Shown here in pieces: positions 1 to 15,886 of a stretch of 64,000 bases of DNA. How positions within the stretch are numbered: the first letter of the stretch is position 1; every line of letters begins with the position of its first letter. The stretch lies in the NCBI RefSeq assembly GCF_030013205.1, contig NZ_CP122648.1. One strand, written 5' to 3'. Position numbers and translations under genes: made by a program. The notes beneath the pieces were generated by a model. That model had not been told where the DNA came from and searched no databases. It saw only the letters and a list, made by a program, of their open reading frames with translations. The stretch comes from Escherichia coli (lineage in GTDB: Bacteria > Pseudomonadota > Gammaproteobacteria > Enterobacterales > Enterobacteriaceae).

Positions 1-255
1 CAACTGGCGTGCCAGCTTATCAATTAAGCCATCAATGGCAGCGTACATGTCCTGACCTTCCGCGCTGGCATGAATTTCACCACCGTTTACATGCAGTGTT
101 GCATCTGAGGTGTGGGTGACTTTCTCCACTTTCAGAACAACATAGACCTGGTTGATTCGGTCAAAATATTGCTCAAGTTTGGCAAATTTGGCTGTAACAA
201 ATTCGCGCAGTGCCTCGGTGATCTCGACGTTATTTCCGGTAATGTTGAGCTGCAT
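1..255 (-). CDS. hpf: Ribosome hibernation promoting factor, N-terminal about 85 codons; the 3' end runs off the window start
   Basis: Reverse complement of 241..255 reads ATG CAG CTC AAC ATT (MQLNI), the recognised Hpf N-terminus; sits 22 bp downstream of rpoN as in E. coli. Confidence 0.8.
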   Translation of the reverse strand, partial: MQLNITGNNVEITEALREFVTAKFAKLEQYFDRINQVYVVLKVEKVTHTSDATLHVNGGEIHASAEGQDMYAAIDGLIDKLARQL

Positions 256-277
256 AGTGTCTTCCTTATCGGTTGGG

Positions 278-1711
278 TCAAACGAGCTGTTTACGCTGGT
301 TTGACGGCGGAATGGATAAAGACTCTCGGTACTTCGCAACAGTGCGGCGTGCCACCATGATACCTTGTTCCGACAGCAAAGAGGTTAACTTGCTGTCGCT
401 CAATGGTTTCGCTGGGTTTTCCGCCGCGATTAATTTCTTCACCAGCGCACGAATCGCCGTGGAGGAAGCTTCGCCGCCGCCCTCGGTATTGACGTGACTG
501 GAAAAGAAATACTTCAGTTCAAAAATGCCTCGTGGACTATGCAGGTATTTTTGCGTGGTCACGCGAGATATCGTCGATTCATGCATTTCGACAGCCTGGG
601 CGATATCGGCCAGTACCATCGGTTTCATATATTCTTCACCTTGCTCAAAGAAGGCTTGCTGCTGTTCAACGATACAGCGACTCACGCGCAGTAGCGTATC
701 GTTACGGCTTTCCAGACTCTTGATCAACCATTTGGCATCCTGCAGATTGCTGCGGATAAACTGGCTATCACCATCGTTGCGCGCGTTATTGCACATCGAG
801 GCGTAGTGCTGGTTGATTTGCAGACGCGGAATGCTGTCACTGTTGAGTTCTACCGTCCAGTGACCGTTATGCTTACGCACCAGCACATCTGGAATGACAT
901 ACTCAGGTTCGCCCGTCTGGATCGACTGCCCGGGGCGCGGATCGAGCGACTGGATCAGATTGACGGCTTCTTTCAGCACATCTTCTTTCAGACGCGTGAC
1001 GCGCATTAAAGTGCGGAAGTCGTGATTGGCTAACAGATCGAGATGATCGCTAATAATCAGTCTGGCCTCTTCCAGCCACGGCGTGGTTTTATCGAATTGG
1101 GAGAGTTGGATCAGCAGGCAGTCACGCAGATCTTTTGCCGCCACACCGACCGGATCAAACCGTTGGATCCGCTTAAGGACGGCTTCAACTTCGTCGATGT
1201 CGATCTCTTCATCGCCCATACTTTCGAGAATATCTTCCAGCGGGACAGTCAGATAACCGGTGTCATCAACGGCATCGACGATAGAGGTAGCAATGGCGCG
1301 GTCAGTATCGGAAAACGGTGTCAGCTCGACCTGCCACATCAGGTAATCCTGCAAGGTCTGCGTCGTTTCGCCCTGATAGACCGGCAGCTCGTCGTCAATG
1401 TAGTCACCGCTGGTGCCGGATGGTGTACCAGCGGTGTAAATGGTGTCCCAACTGGCATCGAGCGGCAGCTCTTCCGGCATCTCTTTTTGTTCGAGCGCGT
1501 CGGCGGTGTCCAGCGTTTCACTGTCTTGCGTTTCGCGGGTGTCGATTTCTTCATGAGTGTCGATTTGCTCAAGCAGCGGATTACTCTCCAGCGCCTGCTG
1601 TAGCTCCTGCTGAAGTTCCAGCGTCGACAACTGCAACAGACGAATTGCCTGTTGGAGCTGTGGCGTCATCGCCAGTTGTTGGCTAAGCCTGAGTTGCAAA
1701 CCTTGCTTCAT
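278..1711 (-). CDS. rpoN: RNA polymerase sigma-54 factor
   Basis: 477 aa ORF; translation recognised as sigma-54 (Q-rich N-terminus, C-terminal RpoN box); conserved position next to lptB. Confidence 0.95.
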   Translation of the reverse strand: MKQGLQLRLSQQLAMTPQLQQAIRLLQLSTLELQQELQQALESNPLLEQIDTHEEIDTRETQDSETLDTADALEQKEMPEELPLDASWDTIYTAGTPSGTSGDYIDDELPVYQGETTQTLQDYLMWQVELTPFSDTDRAIATSIVDAVDDTGYLTVPLEDILESMGDEEIDIDEVEAVLKRIQRFDPVGVAAKDLRDCLLIQLSQFDKTTPWLEEARLIISDHLDLLANHDFRTLMRVTRLKEDVLKEAVNLIQSLDPRPGQSIQTGEPEYVIPDVLVRKHNGHWTVELNSDSIPRLQINQHYASMCNNARNDGDSQFIRSNLQDAKWLIKSLESRNDTLLRVSRCIVEQQQAFFEQGEEYMKPMVLADIAQAVEMHESTISRVTTQKYLHSPRGIFELKYFFSSHVNTEGGGEASSTAIRALVKKLIAAENPAKPLSDSKLTSLLSEQGIMVARRTVAKYRESLSIPPSNQRKQLV

Positions 1712-1758
1712 GTTCAGAATCGTACTCTCCTGCTAAAACGTCGCAAACTTCTACCCTA

Positions 1759-2484
1759 TCAGAGTCTGAAGTCTTCCCCAAGGTATACACGCTTAACGTG
1801 TTCGTCTTGTAAGATTTCCGTAGGCGTGCCGTGGGCGATCAAATGCCCCTGACTGACGATATAAGCGCGTTCACAAACCGCCAGTGTTTCACGCACGTTG
1901 TGGTCAGTGATCAGTACGCCCAGGCCGCTGTCGCGCAGGTGCTCAATGATGCGTTTAATGTCGATAACCGAGATCGGGTCAACCCCGGCAAACGGTTCGT
2001 CGAGCAGAATAAATTTCGGATTCGCAGCCAGTGCGCGGGCAATTTCTACACGGCGACGTTCACCCCCGGAGAGTGACTGCCCCATGCTGTCACGCAGGTG
2101 CTCAATGTGAAACTCTTCCATCAGCTCGTTCGCGCGGTCTTCACGTTGTTCAGCAGACAAGTCGTCACGAATTTGCAGTACCGCCATCAGGTTATCGTAA
2201 ACGCTGAGGCGACGGAAAATGGAGGCTTCCTGTGGCAGATAGCCGATACCGCGGCGCGCGCGTGCATGCAGAGGCAGCAGACTGATATCGTCATCATCAA
2301 TAATGATGTTGCCCGCATCGCGCGGCACAATGCCTACAACCATGTAGAAAGTGGTGGTCTTACCGGCACCGTTTGGCCCCAGCAGACCGACAATTTCCCC
2401 GGAGTTGACGGTCAGGCTGACGTCTTCTACCACGCGACGGCCTTTATAGGCTTTTGCAAGGTTCTTTGCAGTTAATGTTGCCAT
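1759..2484 (-). CDS. lptB: LPS export ABC transporter ATP-binding protein
   Basis: 241 aa ORF with Walker [10 protein letters not shown] and ABC signature LSGGERRR. Confidence 0.95.
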
Positions 2485-2490
2485 AACGAA

Positions 2491-3048
2491 TTAATTACCC
2501 TTCTTCTGTGCCGGGGTCTGGCCTTTGTTGTTTTTGTCCTGCAGCTGCGACGGCACCAGAACGGTGGTTACGCGCTTACCTTTGTCGCTGAAAGCCTGCA
2601 TTTTCTGCTCTTTCACCAGGTAAGTGATCTTATCGCCCTTAATGTTGCTATCGACCTGCTGCAGATAAGCATTACCCGTCAGAACGACAAAATCTTTTGC
2701 CAGTTCGTAGTGCATCTGGGAAGCGTGACCTTCAACGGGTTTACCATTGTCCTGCATCTGGTAGAACGTTGCCGGTTTACCGTAGCCGTCAATCACTTCT
2801 TTACCTTGTTCGCCGCCCGGACGGGTAACGACCACTTTGTCGGCATTAATTTTGATGGTGCCCTGGGTGACGATGACATTACCGGTAAAGGTAACCACGT
2901 TGCCTTGCATATCAAGAGATTGCTGGTCCGATTCAATGTGGATCGGCTGATCAGTGTCTCCGGTTACGGCAAATGCCGGAATGCTGGCGGCCAGAAGTGA
3001 GCTGGCAAGCACAAGATTAAGGCTGAGTTTGTTTGTTTTGAATTTCAT
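2491..3048 (-). CDS. lptA: LPS transport periplasmic protein LptA
   Basis: ORF 2491..3069 trimmed to the internal Met giving MKFKTNKLSL and the known 185 aa length. Confidence 0.9.
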   Translation of the reverse strand: MKFKTNKLSLNLVLASSLLAASIPAFAVTGDTDQPIHIESDQQSLDMQGNVVTFTGNVIVTQGTIKINADKVVVTRPGGEQGKEVIDGYGKPATFYQMQDNGKPVEGHASQMHYELAKDFVVLTGNAYLQQVDSNIKGDKITYLVKEQKMQAFSDKGKRVTTVLVPSQLQDKNNKGQTPAQKKGN

Positions 3049-3592
3049 AGGATGTTCTAACCTTTTCAATCAGCTCGGCGTTCTTGCTGCGTAAGTTGCC
3101 GCGCATTTTCAGACCGCTGGAGTTAAATGTTGTTCCGTATAACGTGACGAGGTCTTCAGAGGTAACATCCTGCGTCACCAGATTGATCTGCGCGTTATCC
3201 GTCGTGATTCTGCGAAGTTGAGAGTCCGGCACAAGTGCGTTGACTTCAACGTGTCCATATAAATAGAGCATCCGGTCATTGGTCAGCTTGGCTTTATCTG
3301 CTTTTACGGACCATGTCGGGATTTTATCCTTATCAAACGTGGTAAGTACCGGCTGCGTAAACCACGAAACGGCCTGATCGGAATAATATTCAACATGTTG
3401 AGCAATCAATCGATAGCTTAGTGCCCCTTCTGGGTTATAGACGAGCGTGTCCGTATGCTCGCTTTTATAGGTGGGATCATTGTTGTTGACGACCACCTGG
3501 GCGGTATCGTCTTTTTCGGCCATATTAATGCCGATCATCACCAGAACCGCCAGTGATAGCACAATGATAACCCAACGTCTGGCTTTACTCAT
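3017..3592 (-). CDS. lptC: LPS export system protein LptC
   Basis: 191 aa ORF with N-terminal membrane anchor; 3' end overlaps the lptA start by 32 nt. Confidence 0.9.
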   Translation of the reverse strand: MSKARRWVIIVLSLAVLVMIGINMAEKDDTAQVVVNNNDPTYKSEHTDTLVYNPEGALSYRLIAQHVEYYSDQAVSWFTQPVLTTFDKDKIPTWSVKADKAKLTNDRMLYLYGHVEVNALVPDSQLRRITTDNAQINLVTQDVTSEDLVTLYGTTFNSSGLKMRGNLRSKNAELIEKVRTSYEIQNKQTQP

Positions 3593-4155
3593 ATCGATTG
3601 CCCTTTGGCTTCATCCAGTTTGCCCTGCGCCAGGAGTAATAAGTCGCAAACTTCACGCACTGCACCACGACCGCCAGCAATGCGCGTCACGTAATCGGCG
3701 CGCGGGAGCAACAGTGGATGCGCATCGGCCACGGCGACGCTTAAACCCACTTTTTCCATTACCGGCCAGTCGATGAGATCATCGCCGACATAAGCCACAT
3801 TTTCCGGGGCAATCGCCAGTTTTTCCAGCAAATCGCTAAAGGCGATCAGTTTGTTTGACTGCCCCTGATACAAGTGAGTGATCCCCAATGTGGCACAACG
3901 ATCTTCTACCAGTTTAGCCTTTCGCCCGGTAATGATAGCGACTTCAATATCAGAGGTGAGCGCACAACGAATGCCATAACCGTCACGAACATTGAACGCT
4001 TTCAGCTCTTCGCCATTATTGCCCATATAAATCAGGCCATCTGACAGTACGCCATCGACATCGAGGATCAGCAGACGAATGTTCTCTGCTTTTGCTATAA
4101 CGTCGGCGCTGACAGGGCCGTAACAGGTCGCAAGCGACGCACCTGCTTTGCTCAT
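3589..4155 (-). CDS. kdsC: KDO 8-phosphate phosphatase
   Basis: 188 aa ORF, HAD-family motif DVDGVLSDG; 4-bp overlap with lptC start. Confidence 0.9.
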   Translation of the reverse strand: MSKAGASLATCYGPVSADVIAKAENIRLLILDVDGVLSDGLIYMGNNGEELKAFNVRDGYGIRCALTSDIEVAIITGRKAKLVEDRCATLGITHLYQGQSNKLIAFSDLLEKLAIAPENVAYVGDDLIDWPVMEKVGLSVAVADAHPLLLPRADYVTRIAGGRGAVREVCDLLLLAQGKLDEAKGQSI

Positions 4156-4175
4156 TGTTGTTTATCCTTGAATCT

Positions 4176-5162
4176 TTACACTACGCCTGCACGCAGTAAA
4201 TCATGCATATGTAACACACCGAGTAAATGGTCGCCATCGGCAACCATCACGGAGGTGATATGGCGGGACTGCATTAAGTTCAGTGCCTCAACGGCCAGAA
4301 TGCCAGGGCGCACGCGTATTCCCCCCGGCGTCATAACATCGGCAATACTTAACTGACGAACATCCACGCCCATATCGAAGACACGGCGTAAATCACCGTC
4401 GGTAAAGATGCCTTCAATCATCATATTGTCATCGCAAATGACAGTCATACCAAGATTTTTGCGGGTAACTTCCAGCAATGCGTCACGCAGACTGGCCGTT
4501 TTCTTAACATGCGGGATCTCATCGCCCGTATGCATAATATCGTTTACGCGCAGCAGAAGTTTACGACCCAGTGCGCCGCCTGGATGTGAGAGCGCAAAAT
4601 CTTCGGCAGTAAAGCCGCGTGCTTTTAACAGCGCGACAGCGAGGGCATCGCCCATAACCAGCGTGGCGGTGGTGCTGCTGGTCGGTGCCAGCCCTAACGG
4701 ACAGGCTTCTTTCGCTACTTTAACACACAGATGAACATCTGCGGCGCGCGCCATGCTGCTCTCCGGGCGACCGGTGATGCAGATTAACGGTACGTGAAGA
4801 CGCTTAAGCACTGGAATTAAGGCCGTGATTTCGCTGGATTCACCTGAGTTAGAGATAGCAATCACCACATCCTGTGGGGTGACCATGCCTAAATCACCAT
4901 GCGCGGCTTCACCAGGATGGACGAAAAATGAAGGTGTACCGGTGCTGGCAAACGTTGCCGCCATTTTGCGCCCAATATGCCCCGATTTCCCCATCCCCAT
5001 GACGACAACTTTCCCTTTACACCAGAACATCTTTTCACAGGCAAGCGTGAAATTCTGATTGATGTATTGATCAAGCTCCGCCAGGCATTCACGTTCAATC
5101 GCCAGGACTTCTTTACCTGCTTGCTGAAAGTCAAAACCCGGTTGTAACTCTACGTGCGACAT
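4176..5162 (-). CDS. kdsD: D-arabinose 5-phosphate isomerase (SIS plus CBS domains)
   Basis: ORF 4176..5183 trimmed to MSHVELQ start (328 aa). Confidence 0.9.
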   Translation of the reverse strand: MSHVELQPGFDFQQAGKEVLAIERECLAELDQYINQNFTLACEKMFWCKGKVVVMGMGKSGHIGRKMAATFASTGTPSFFVHPGEAAHGDLGMVTPQDVVIAISNSGESSEITALIPVLKRLHVPLICITGRPESSMARAADVHLCVKVAKEACPLGLAPTSSTTATLVMGDALAVALLKARGFTAEDFALSHPGGALGRKLLLRVNDIMHTGDEIPHVKKTASLRDALLEVTRKNLGMTVICDDNMMIEGIFTDGDLRRVFDMGVDVRQLSIADVMTPGGIRVRPGILAVEALNLMQSRHITSVMVADGDHLLGVLHMHDLLRAGVV

Positions 5163-5175
5163 AATGCGTTTCCAG

Positions 5176-6153
5176 TTATTCAACGAGTATTGGCGATAAC
5201 CAGTACAACATCGCCAGCCATACGATAAATCCGCCAGTTAATAATACCCCTACACCACGGCCCGATTGCGGGGAGCGCCGCCAGCACAGCAACGCAAAAA
5301 TAATGCTCACCAGCAACATCACGCTGTAGTCACGACTGTACGCCAGTGGATCAATCTCTCCTGGCGTTATCAGCGCGGGTAAACCCAACACGATGACAAT
5401 ATTAAAAATGTTTGCGCCAATGATATTTCCGACAGCAATGTCGTTTTCACCTTTGCGAACCCCCGCTATTGCGGTTGCCAGTTCCGGCAGGCTGGTTCCG
5501 ATAGCAATTGCCGTCAGCCCCATCGTCAACTCGCTGATGGCAAAGTAATTCGCCAGCACCGTGGCGTTATCAACCACCATCCGCGTGGCCACTGGCATGA
5601 TGATAAGCGCAATGCCGAGCCATAAAAACGCGACGGGCAATCCACCTTCACGCGGCAGCTCTGCAAGCTGCTCTCTGGTCAGACTGTCAGTCCCCTGACG
5701 TTCAGCCTGACGTGCAAGTTTAACAATGAACAGCAGCCATAGCACAGCCAGAAAGAGGAGAAAGATACCATCGCTGCGACTAAGTTGTCCGTCATAGAGT
5801 ACGGAACCGGCCACCACGCTGACCAACAACATTAAGGGTAATTCACGGCGTAGAACATCAGAATGGACGGTAAAAGGACGAACCAGCGCAGCCAGACCGA
5901 GGATCAGCAATATATTGATAATGTTTGAGCCGAGGGCTGTACCAACGGCTAAATCGCGTTGTTCGTGCAGAGACGCGGCAAGCGAGACGATGATTTCTGG
6001 TAACGATGTACCAATACTGACCACCGTCATGCCGATGATCAGCGGCGGGATGCCAAAGGTTCGGCAAAGAATAGACGCGGCAAAAACCAGGCGGTCGGCA
6101 CTGTAAACGACCAAAAGTAAACCAACAATTAACAGTGCCGTAGCTAAAAGCAT
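5176..6153 (-). CDS. yrbG: Putative Na+/Ca2+ antiporter family inner membrane protein
   Basis: 325 aa strongly hydrophobic ORF with duplicated GTSLPE motifs. Confidence 0.85.
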   Translation of the reverse strand: MLLATALLIVGLLLVVYSADRLVFAASILCRTFGIPPLIIGMTVVSIGTSLPEIIVSLAASLHEQRDLAVGTALGSNIINILLILGLAALVRPFTVHSDVLRRELPLMLLVSVVAGSVLYDGQLSRSDGIFLLFLAVLWLLFIVKLARQAERQGTDSLTREQLAELPREGGLPVAFLWLGIALIIMPVATRMVVDNATVLANYFAISELTMGLTAIAIGTSLPELATAIAGVRKGENDIAVGNIIGANIFNIVIVLGLPALITPGEIDPLAYSRDYSVMLLVSIIFALLCWRRSPQSGRGVGVLLTGGFIVWLAMLYWLSPILVE

Positions 6154-6362
6154 CTAACGTCCTTTCTTCAGGTATACTCGCCGGTCCGCTGAAGATTTTC
6201 AGAAAGCCGTAACGGATTCTTAATTTTGACTTTATGCGGCTAAAAAGTAAAACAAATGCCAGCTTTCGCTAACCACGGCGGGTAATATTCTGTAAATATG
6301 TTGGGTTCAAGGTTAAATTGAGCGCCATGCTTAGAAAATCAACGCAAGACGAAGGGTGAATT

Positions 6363-7962
<1,600 letters not shown>

Positions 7963-7966
7963 GTTC

Positions 7967-8518
7967 ATGCAAACGAAAAAAAATGAAATTTGGGTGGGTA
8001 TCTTTTTATTAGCAGCACTACTGGCGGCGCTGTTTGTTTGCCTGAAGGCGGCGAACGTGACGTCCATACGTACTGAACCGACCTACACGCTTTATGCGAC
8101 GTTCGATAACATTGGCGGCCTGAAAGCGCGCTCTCCGGTCAGCATTGGTGGTGTTGTTGTGGGCCGGGTGGCGGATATTACGCTGGACCCGAAAACCTAT
8201 CTGCCGCGCGTAACGCTGGAAATTGAACAACGTTATAACCACATTCCTGATACCAGTTCGCTGAGCATTCGTACTTCCGGCCTGCTGGGGGAACAATATC
8301 TGGCATTAAACGTCGGTTTTGAAGACCCGGAACTGGGGACTGCTATCCTGAAGGATGGCGATACAATTCAGGACACCAAGTCTGCGATGGTGCTGGAAGA
8401 TCTTATTGGTCAGTTCCTTTACGGTAGTAAAGGCGATGACAATAAGAATAGTGGCGATGCGCCAGCTGCTGCGCCAGGTAATAATGAAACCACTGAACCT
8501 GTGGGTACAACGAAATAA
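7967..8518 (+). CDS. mlaD: MCE-domain phospholipid-binding protein
   Basis: ORF 7952..8518 trimmed to MQTKKNEIW start (183 aa). Confidence 0.9.
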   Translation: MQTKKNEIWVGIFLLAALLAALFVCLKAANVTSIRTEPTYTLYATFDNIGGLKARSPVSIGGVVVGRVADITLDPKTYLPRVTLEIEQRYNHIPDTSSLSIRTSGLLGEQYLALNVGFEDPELGTAILKDGDTIQDTKSAMVLEDLIGQFLYGSKGDDNKNSGDAPAAAPGNNETTEPVGTTK

Positions 8519-9171
<653 letters not shown>

Positions 9172-9172
<1 letters not shown>

Positions 9173-9465
9173 TGAGCGAGTCACTGAGCTGGATGCAGAC
9201 GGGTGACACGCTGGCGCTATCCGGAGAGCTGGATCAGGACGTTCTGCTACCGCTTTGGGAAATGCGTGAGGAAGCGGTGAAGGGGATTACCTGCATCGAT
9301 CTTAGCCGTGTGTCCCGCGTGGATACGGGTGGACTGGCATTGCTGCTCCATCTTATCGATCTGGCGAAAAAGCAGGGCAACAACGTGACGCTTCAGGGGG
9401 TAAACGACAAAGTGTATACCCTGGCGAAATTGTATAATTTGCCTGCTGATGTTCTGCCTCGTTAA
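9172..9465 (+). CDS. mlaB: STAS-domain protein MlaB
   Basis: Internal start MSESLSWMQ within ORF 9076..9465 (97 aa); start overlaps mlaC stop (TAATG). Confidence 0.85.
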
Positions 9466-9473
9466 ATTTTTTC

Positions 9474-9510
9474 AGGCCGGATATGGCGTTAACCGCCTGT
9501 CCGGCAAACC
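9474..9510. repeat. REP-like palindromic unit
   Basis: GGCCGGATATGGCG..CGCCTGTCCGGC imperfect palindrome immediately after mlaB. Confidence 0.5.
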
Positions 9511-9624
9511 TGCCTGCAAGTCGAGCCTTGTCTGATTTATCAGCGAGGCTTTTTGCTTATTTATGCCAGCGCAACTTTGCTCTAAGATGTTTCGCTGGTT
9601 TATTAACTGATGATTGAAGATCCC

Positions 9625-9879
9625 ATGGAAAATAATGAAATTCAGAGCGTGTTGATGAACGCTCTCTCCCTCCAGGAAGTCCACGTTTCCGGCGATGGCA
9701 GCCACTTTCAGGTTATTGCCGTGGGTGAGTTGTTTGACGGCATGAGTCGGGTTAAAAAACAGCAGACGGTCTATGGCCCGCTGATGGAATATATTGCGGA
9801 TAACCGCATTCATGCTGTGTCGATCAAAGCGTATACCCCTGCGGAGTGGGCGCGCGATCGCAAACTGAACGGCTTTTGA
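9625..9879 (+). CDS. ibaG: BolA-family acid stress protein
   Basis: ORF 9610..9879 trimmed to MENNEIQSV start (84 aa). Confidence 0.85.
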
Positions 9880-9933
9880 GCTATGGGCGATTCGCCGGTA
9901 GCGGATATGAATTGTTAACTGAGAACAAACTAA

Positions 9934-11193
<1,260 letters not shown>

Positions 11194-11240
11194 TTGTCTG
11201 AGAGCTGGCAGCCCCGTTCGCGGGGCTACCGCCAGACCAC

Positions 11241-11519
11241 TCATTTTTTCGGTTTAGTGTAGCTACGCATCAACTGCGTTCTGTCGATAAACTCATGGGT
11301 CTGCGGATCATGGTAGCGAGATGGCCAGATAATCCAGGGGTCAGTTCCCAGGGCTTTCGCAATAATCATCTCTCCTTTCGGCCAGGGGCGCGATAATGCG
11401 TTCGCCAGCGTTGAGGAACTCAAACCATTTCTGCGAGATTCCGCCGCCATTGACGTTCCCTTCTTGCGCAAACCCGCAATGATGTCAGCGGGATGCCAGT
11501 CAATGAAATTACTTTCCAT
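11241..11519 (-). CDS. sfsB: Ner-like DNA-binding regulator (Nlp/SfsB)
   Basis: 92 aa ORF recognised as Nlp. Confidence 0.85.
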   Translation of the reverse strand: MESNFIDWHPADIIAGLRKKGTSMAAESRRNGLSSSTLANALSRPWPKGEMIIAKALGTDPWIIWPSRYHDPQTHEFIDRTQLMRSYTKPKK

Positions 11520-11746
11520 CTTTCCTCACTCCTTAAGTTAGTCGCTTTCATTCAGAACATTTCTTCTGTCGGGCATCACTATACTCCTGATGGCGTATTG
11601 TTCTAAAAAGTTCCTGTAAAGAGTGTGAATATTCAGAATATATAAAGATGTACAGCCCTATTATTCAGGTGTTATAGAGCTGAATAAGTGTTTTTATGGA
11701 ATTTACTAGAACCATCCCGCGCGCTGCGCGGGATGCGGGGAGGGGA

Positions 11747-12718
11747 TTAACGATCGCGTTGAACAGCGATGTGCGCGAGGCCGATGAGTGCTTCTCGCCA
11801 CGGGGTGTCCGGGAGCACCTGTAACGCTGCGATGGCTTTGTCTGCTTCTTCCTCGGCACGCTGACGCGTCCATTCAAGAGAGCCACAAGCGTTCATTGCT
11901 TCCAGAACCGGTTCCAGAAGATGACGACCGTTACCCTGTTCGATGGCGGTACGAATCATCTGTGCCTGTTCTGGTGTGCCATGATGCATTGCATGCAGCA
12001 GCGGCAGCGTCGGTTTACCTTCGTTCAGATCGTCGCCGACGTTTTTACCTAACTGTTCGTCATCGGCATTGTAATCGAGTAAATCGTCGATCAACTGGAA
12101 AGCAGTGCCGAGATAGCGCCCATAATCCTGCAGGCCTTTCTCCTCCTCCGGCGTACAGCCAGCCAGAATCCCGGAACACTGCGCGGCAGCCTCAAACAGA
12201 CGCGCGGTTTTGCTATAGATAACGCGCATGTAGTTTTCTTCAGTGATGTCCGGATCGTTAACGTTCATCAGTTGCAGAACTTCACCTTCTGCGATGACGT
12301 TTACGGCTTCTGACATGACTTCCAGCACTTTGAGCGAACCGAGGCTGGTCATCATCTGGAACGCGCGGGTATAAATAAAATCGCCTACCAGCACGCTGGC
12401 GGCATTGCCAAATGCGGCGTTGGCGGTAGCTTTACCCCTGCGCATATCTGATTCATCCACAACGTCGTCGTGCAGCAGAGTCGCCGTGTGGATAAACTCG
12501 ATCAGGGCAGCAATGGTGACATGCGCATTTCCCTCATAGCCAACAGCTCGTGCAGCCAGTACAGCAATCATCGGACGAATACGTTTACCGCCGCCGCTGA
12601 CGATGTAATAGCCTAACTGATTGATCAGTTGGACGTCGGAATTAAGCTGCTCAAGGATTGTCGCATTAACACCCGCCATATCTTGCGCGGTTAACTCATT
12701 GATTTTTTCTAAATTCAT
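11747..12718 (-). CDS. ispB: Octaprenyl diphosphate synthase
   Basis: 323 aa; polyprenyl synthase motifs DDVVDESD and DDLLD. Confidence 0.95.
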   Translation of the reverse strand: MNLEKINELTAQDMAGVNATILEQLNSDVQLINQLGYYIVSGGGKRIRPMIAVLAARAVGYEGNAHVTIAALIEFIHTATLLHDDVVDESDMRRGKATANAAFGNAASVLVGDFIYTRAFQMMTSLGSLKVLEVMSEAVNVIAEGEVLQLMNVNDPDITEENYMRVIYSKTARLFEAAAQCSGILAGCTPEEEKGLQDYGRYLGTAFQLIDDLLDYNADDEQLGKNVGDDLNEGKPTLPLLHAMHHGTPEQAQMIRTAIEQGNGRHLLEPVLEAMNACGSLEWTRQRAEEEADKAIAALQVLPDTPWREALIGLAHIAVQRDR

Positions 12719-12873
12719 CGCAAAAGCCGGGCTTTTCGCCCCGATTACCTTACTGTGAACAAAGGCAACTTAGGGTTTATGGTTAGGAATATAGGGTGAT
12801 TGTACTGAAAAAATGGCACAGATAAACGTTACCGTACAAGTTGTGTTTTTTTTCTTCGTGTATTGACTGTAGC

Positions 12874-12902
12874 ACTTGTCAAAGGCGTGCGTTTTGCGTA
12901 AT
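12874..12902 (+). promoter_or_regulatory. Candidate sigma70 promoter for rplU-rpmA
   Basis: TTGTCA, 17-bp spacer, TAATAT about 75 bp upstream of rplU. Confidence 0.4.
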
Positions 12903-12940
12903 ATTCGCGCCCTATTGTGAATATTTATAGCGCACTCTGA

Positions 12941-13566
<626 letters not shown>

Positions 13567-13592
13567 GTTTTTCGCGTCCCGGTAACGGATGA

Positions 13593-13621
13593 AAGCCCCG
13601 CAACACGTTGCGGGGCTTTTT
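13593..13621 (+). terminator. Rho-independent terminator after rpmA
   Basis: GC stem AGCCCCGC..GCGGGGCT followed by a T-run. Confidence 0.75.
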
Positions 13622-13692
13622 ACATTCGATAACCGGTAAAAATGCGCATGGTGCGACGTTAATCCGCAAATGCGCTTTGCAGGGAATACGGT

Positions 13693-14658
13693 ATGAAGCA
13701 GCAGGCAGGCATTGGCATTCTTTTGGCGCTCACCACAGCAATTTGCTGGGGGGCGTTGCCAATCGCAATGAAGCAGGTGCTGGAGGTGATGGAACCTCCG
13801 ACAATCGTGTTTTACCGTTTCTTGATGGCGAGTATTGGCCTTGGTGCCATTCTTGCGGTGAAGAAGAGGTTGCCGCCATTACGCGTGTTTCGTAAGCCAC
13901 GCTGGTTGATTTTGTTGGCAGTGGCGACCGCCGGGCTGTTTGGGAACTTCATCCTGTTCAGCTCATCCTTGCAATACCTGAGTCCGACCGCTTCGCAGGT
14001 GATTGGGCAACTCTCGCCAGTTGGCATGATGGTTGCCAGCGTATTTATCCTGAAAGAGAAAATGCGCAGCACTCAGGTTGTAGGGGCATTGATGCTCCTG
14101 AGCGGCCTGGTGATGTTTTTTAACACCAGTCTGGTCGAGATATTTACAAAGCTCACCGATTACACCTGGGGAGTTATCTTTGGGGTCGGTGCTGCGACGG
14201 TTTGGGTGAGTTATGGCGTGGCGCAAAAGGTTTTATTGCGTCGGCTGGCCTCACCGCAGATTCTGTTTTTACTGTACACTTTATGTACAATTGCGCTCTT
14301 CCCTCTGGCAAAGCCTGGAGTGATAGCGCAGCTTAGCCACTGGCAGCTCGCATGTTTAATTTTTTGCGGACTGAATACATTGGTAGGATATGGCGCCCTG
14401 GCGGAAGCGATGGCTCGCTGGCAGGCAGCGCAGGTGAGCGCGATCATTACGCTCACCCCACTGTTTACGCTGTTTTTTTCAGATCTTTTATCACTGGCCT
14501 GGCCCGATTTCTTCGCCAGACCGATGTTAAACCTTTTAGGTTATCTCGGTGCGTTTGTCGTGGTTGCGGGCGCGATGTATTCCGCCATTGGTCATCGTAT
14601 TTGGGGCGGATTACGTAAGCATACAACGGTGGTATCGCAACCCCGCGCAGGCGAATGA
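13693..14658 (+). CDS. yhbE: EamA/DMT-family inner membrane transporter
   Basis: 321 aa hydrophobic ORF, conserved position between rpmA and obgE. Confidence 0.85.
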   Translation: MKQQAGIGILLALTTAICWGALPIAMKQVLEVMEPPTIVFYRFLMASIGLGAILAVKKRLPPLRVFRKPRWLILLAVATAGLFGNFILFSSSLQYLSPTASQVIGQLSPVGMMVASVFILKEKMRSTQVVGALMLLSGLVMFFNTSLVEIFTKLTDYTWGVIFGVGAATVWVSYGVAQKVLLRRLASPQILFLLYTLCTIALFPLAKPGVIAQLSHWQLACLIFCGLNTLVGYGALAEAMARWQAAQVSAIITLTPLFTLFFSDLLSLAWPDFFARPMLNLLGYLGAFVVVAGAMYSAIGHRIWGGLRKHTTVVSQPRAGE

Positions 14659-15846
<1,188 letters not shown>

Positions 15847-15852
15847 TCAGCA

Positions 15853-15878
15853 AAACCCCGGCCATGTGCCGGGGTTTC
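15853..15878. terminator. Bidirectional hairpin terminator between obgE and dacB
   Basis: AAACCCCGGC..GCCGGGGTTT stem in convergent intergenic region. Confidence 0.7.
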
Positions 15879-15886
15879 TCTTTAGA

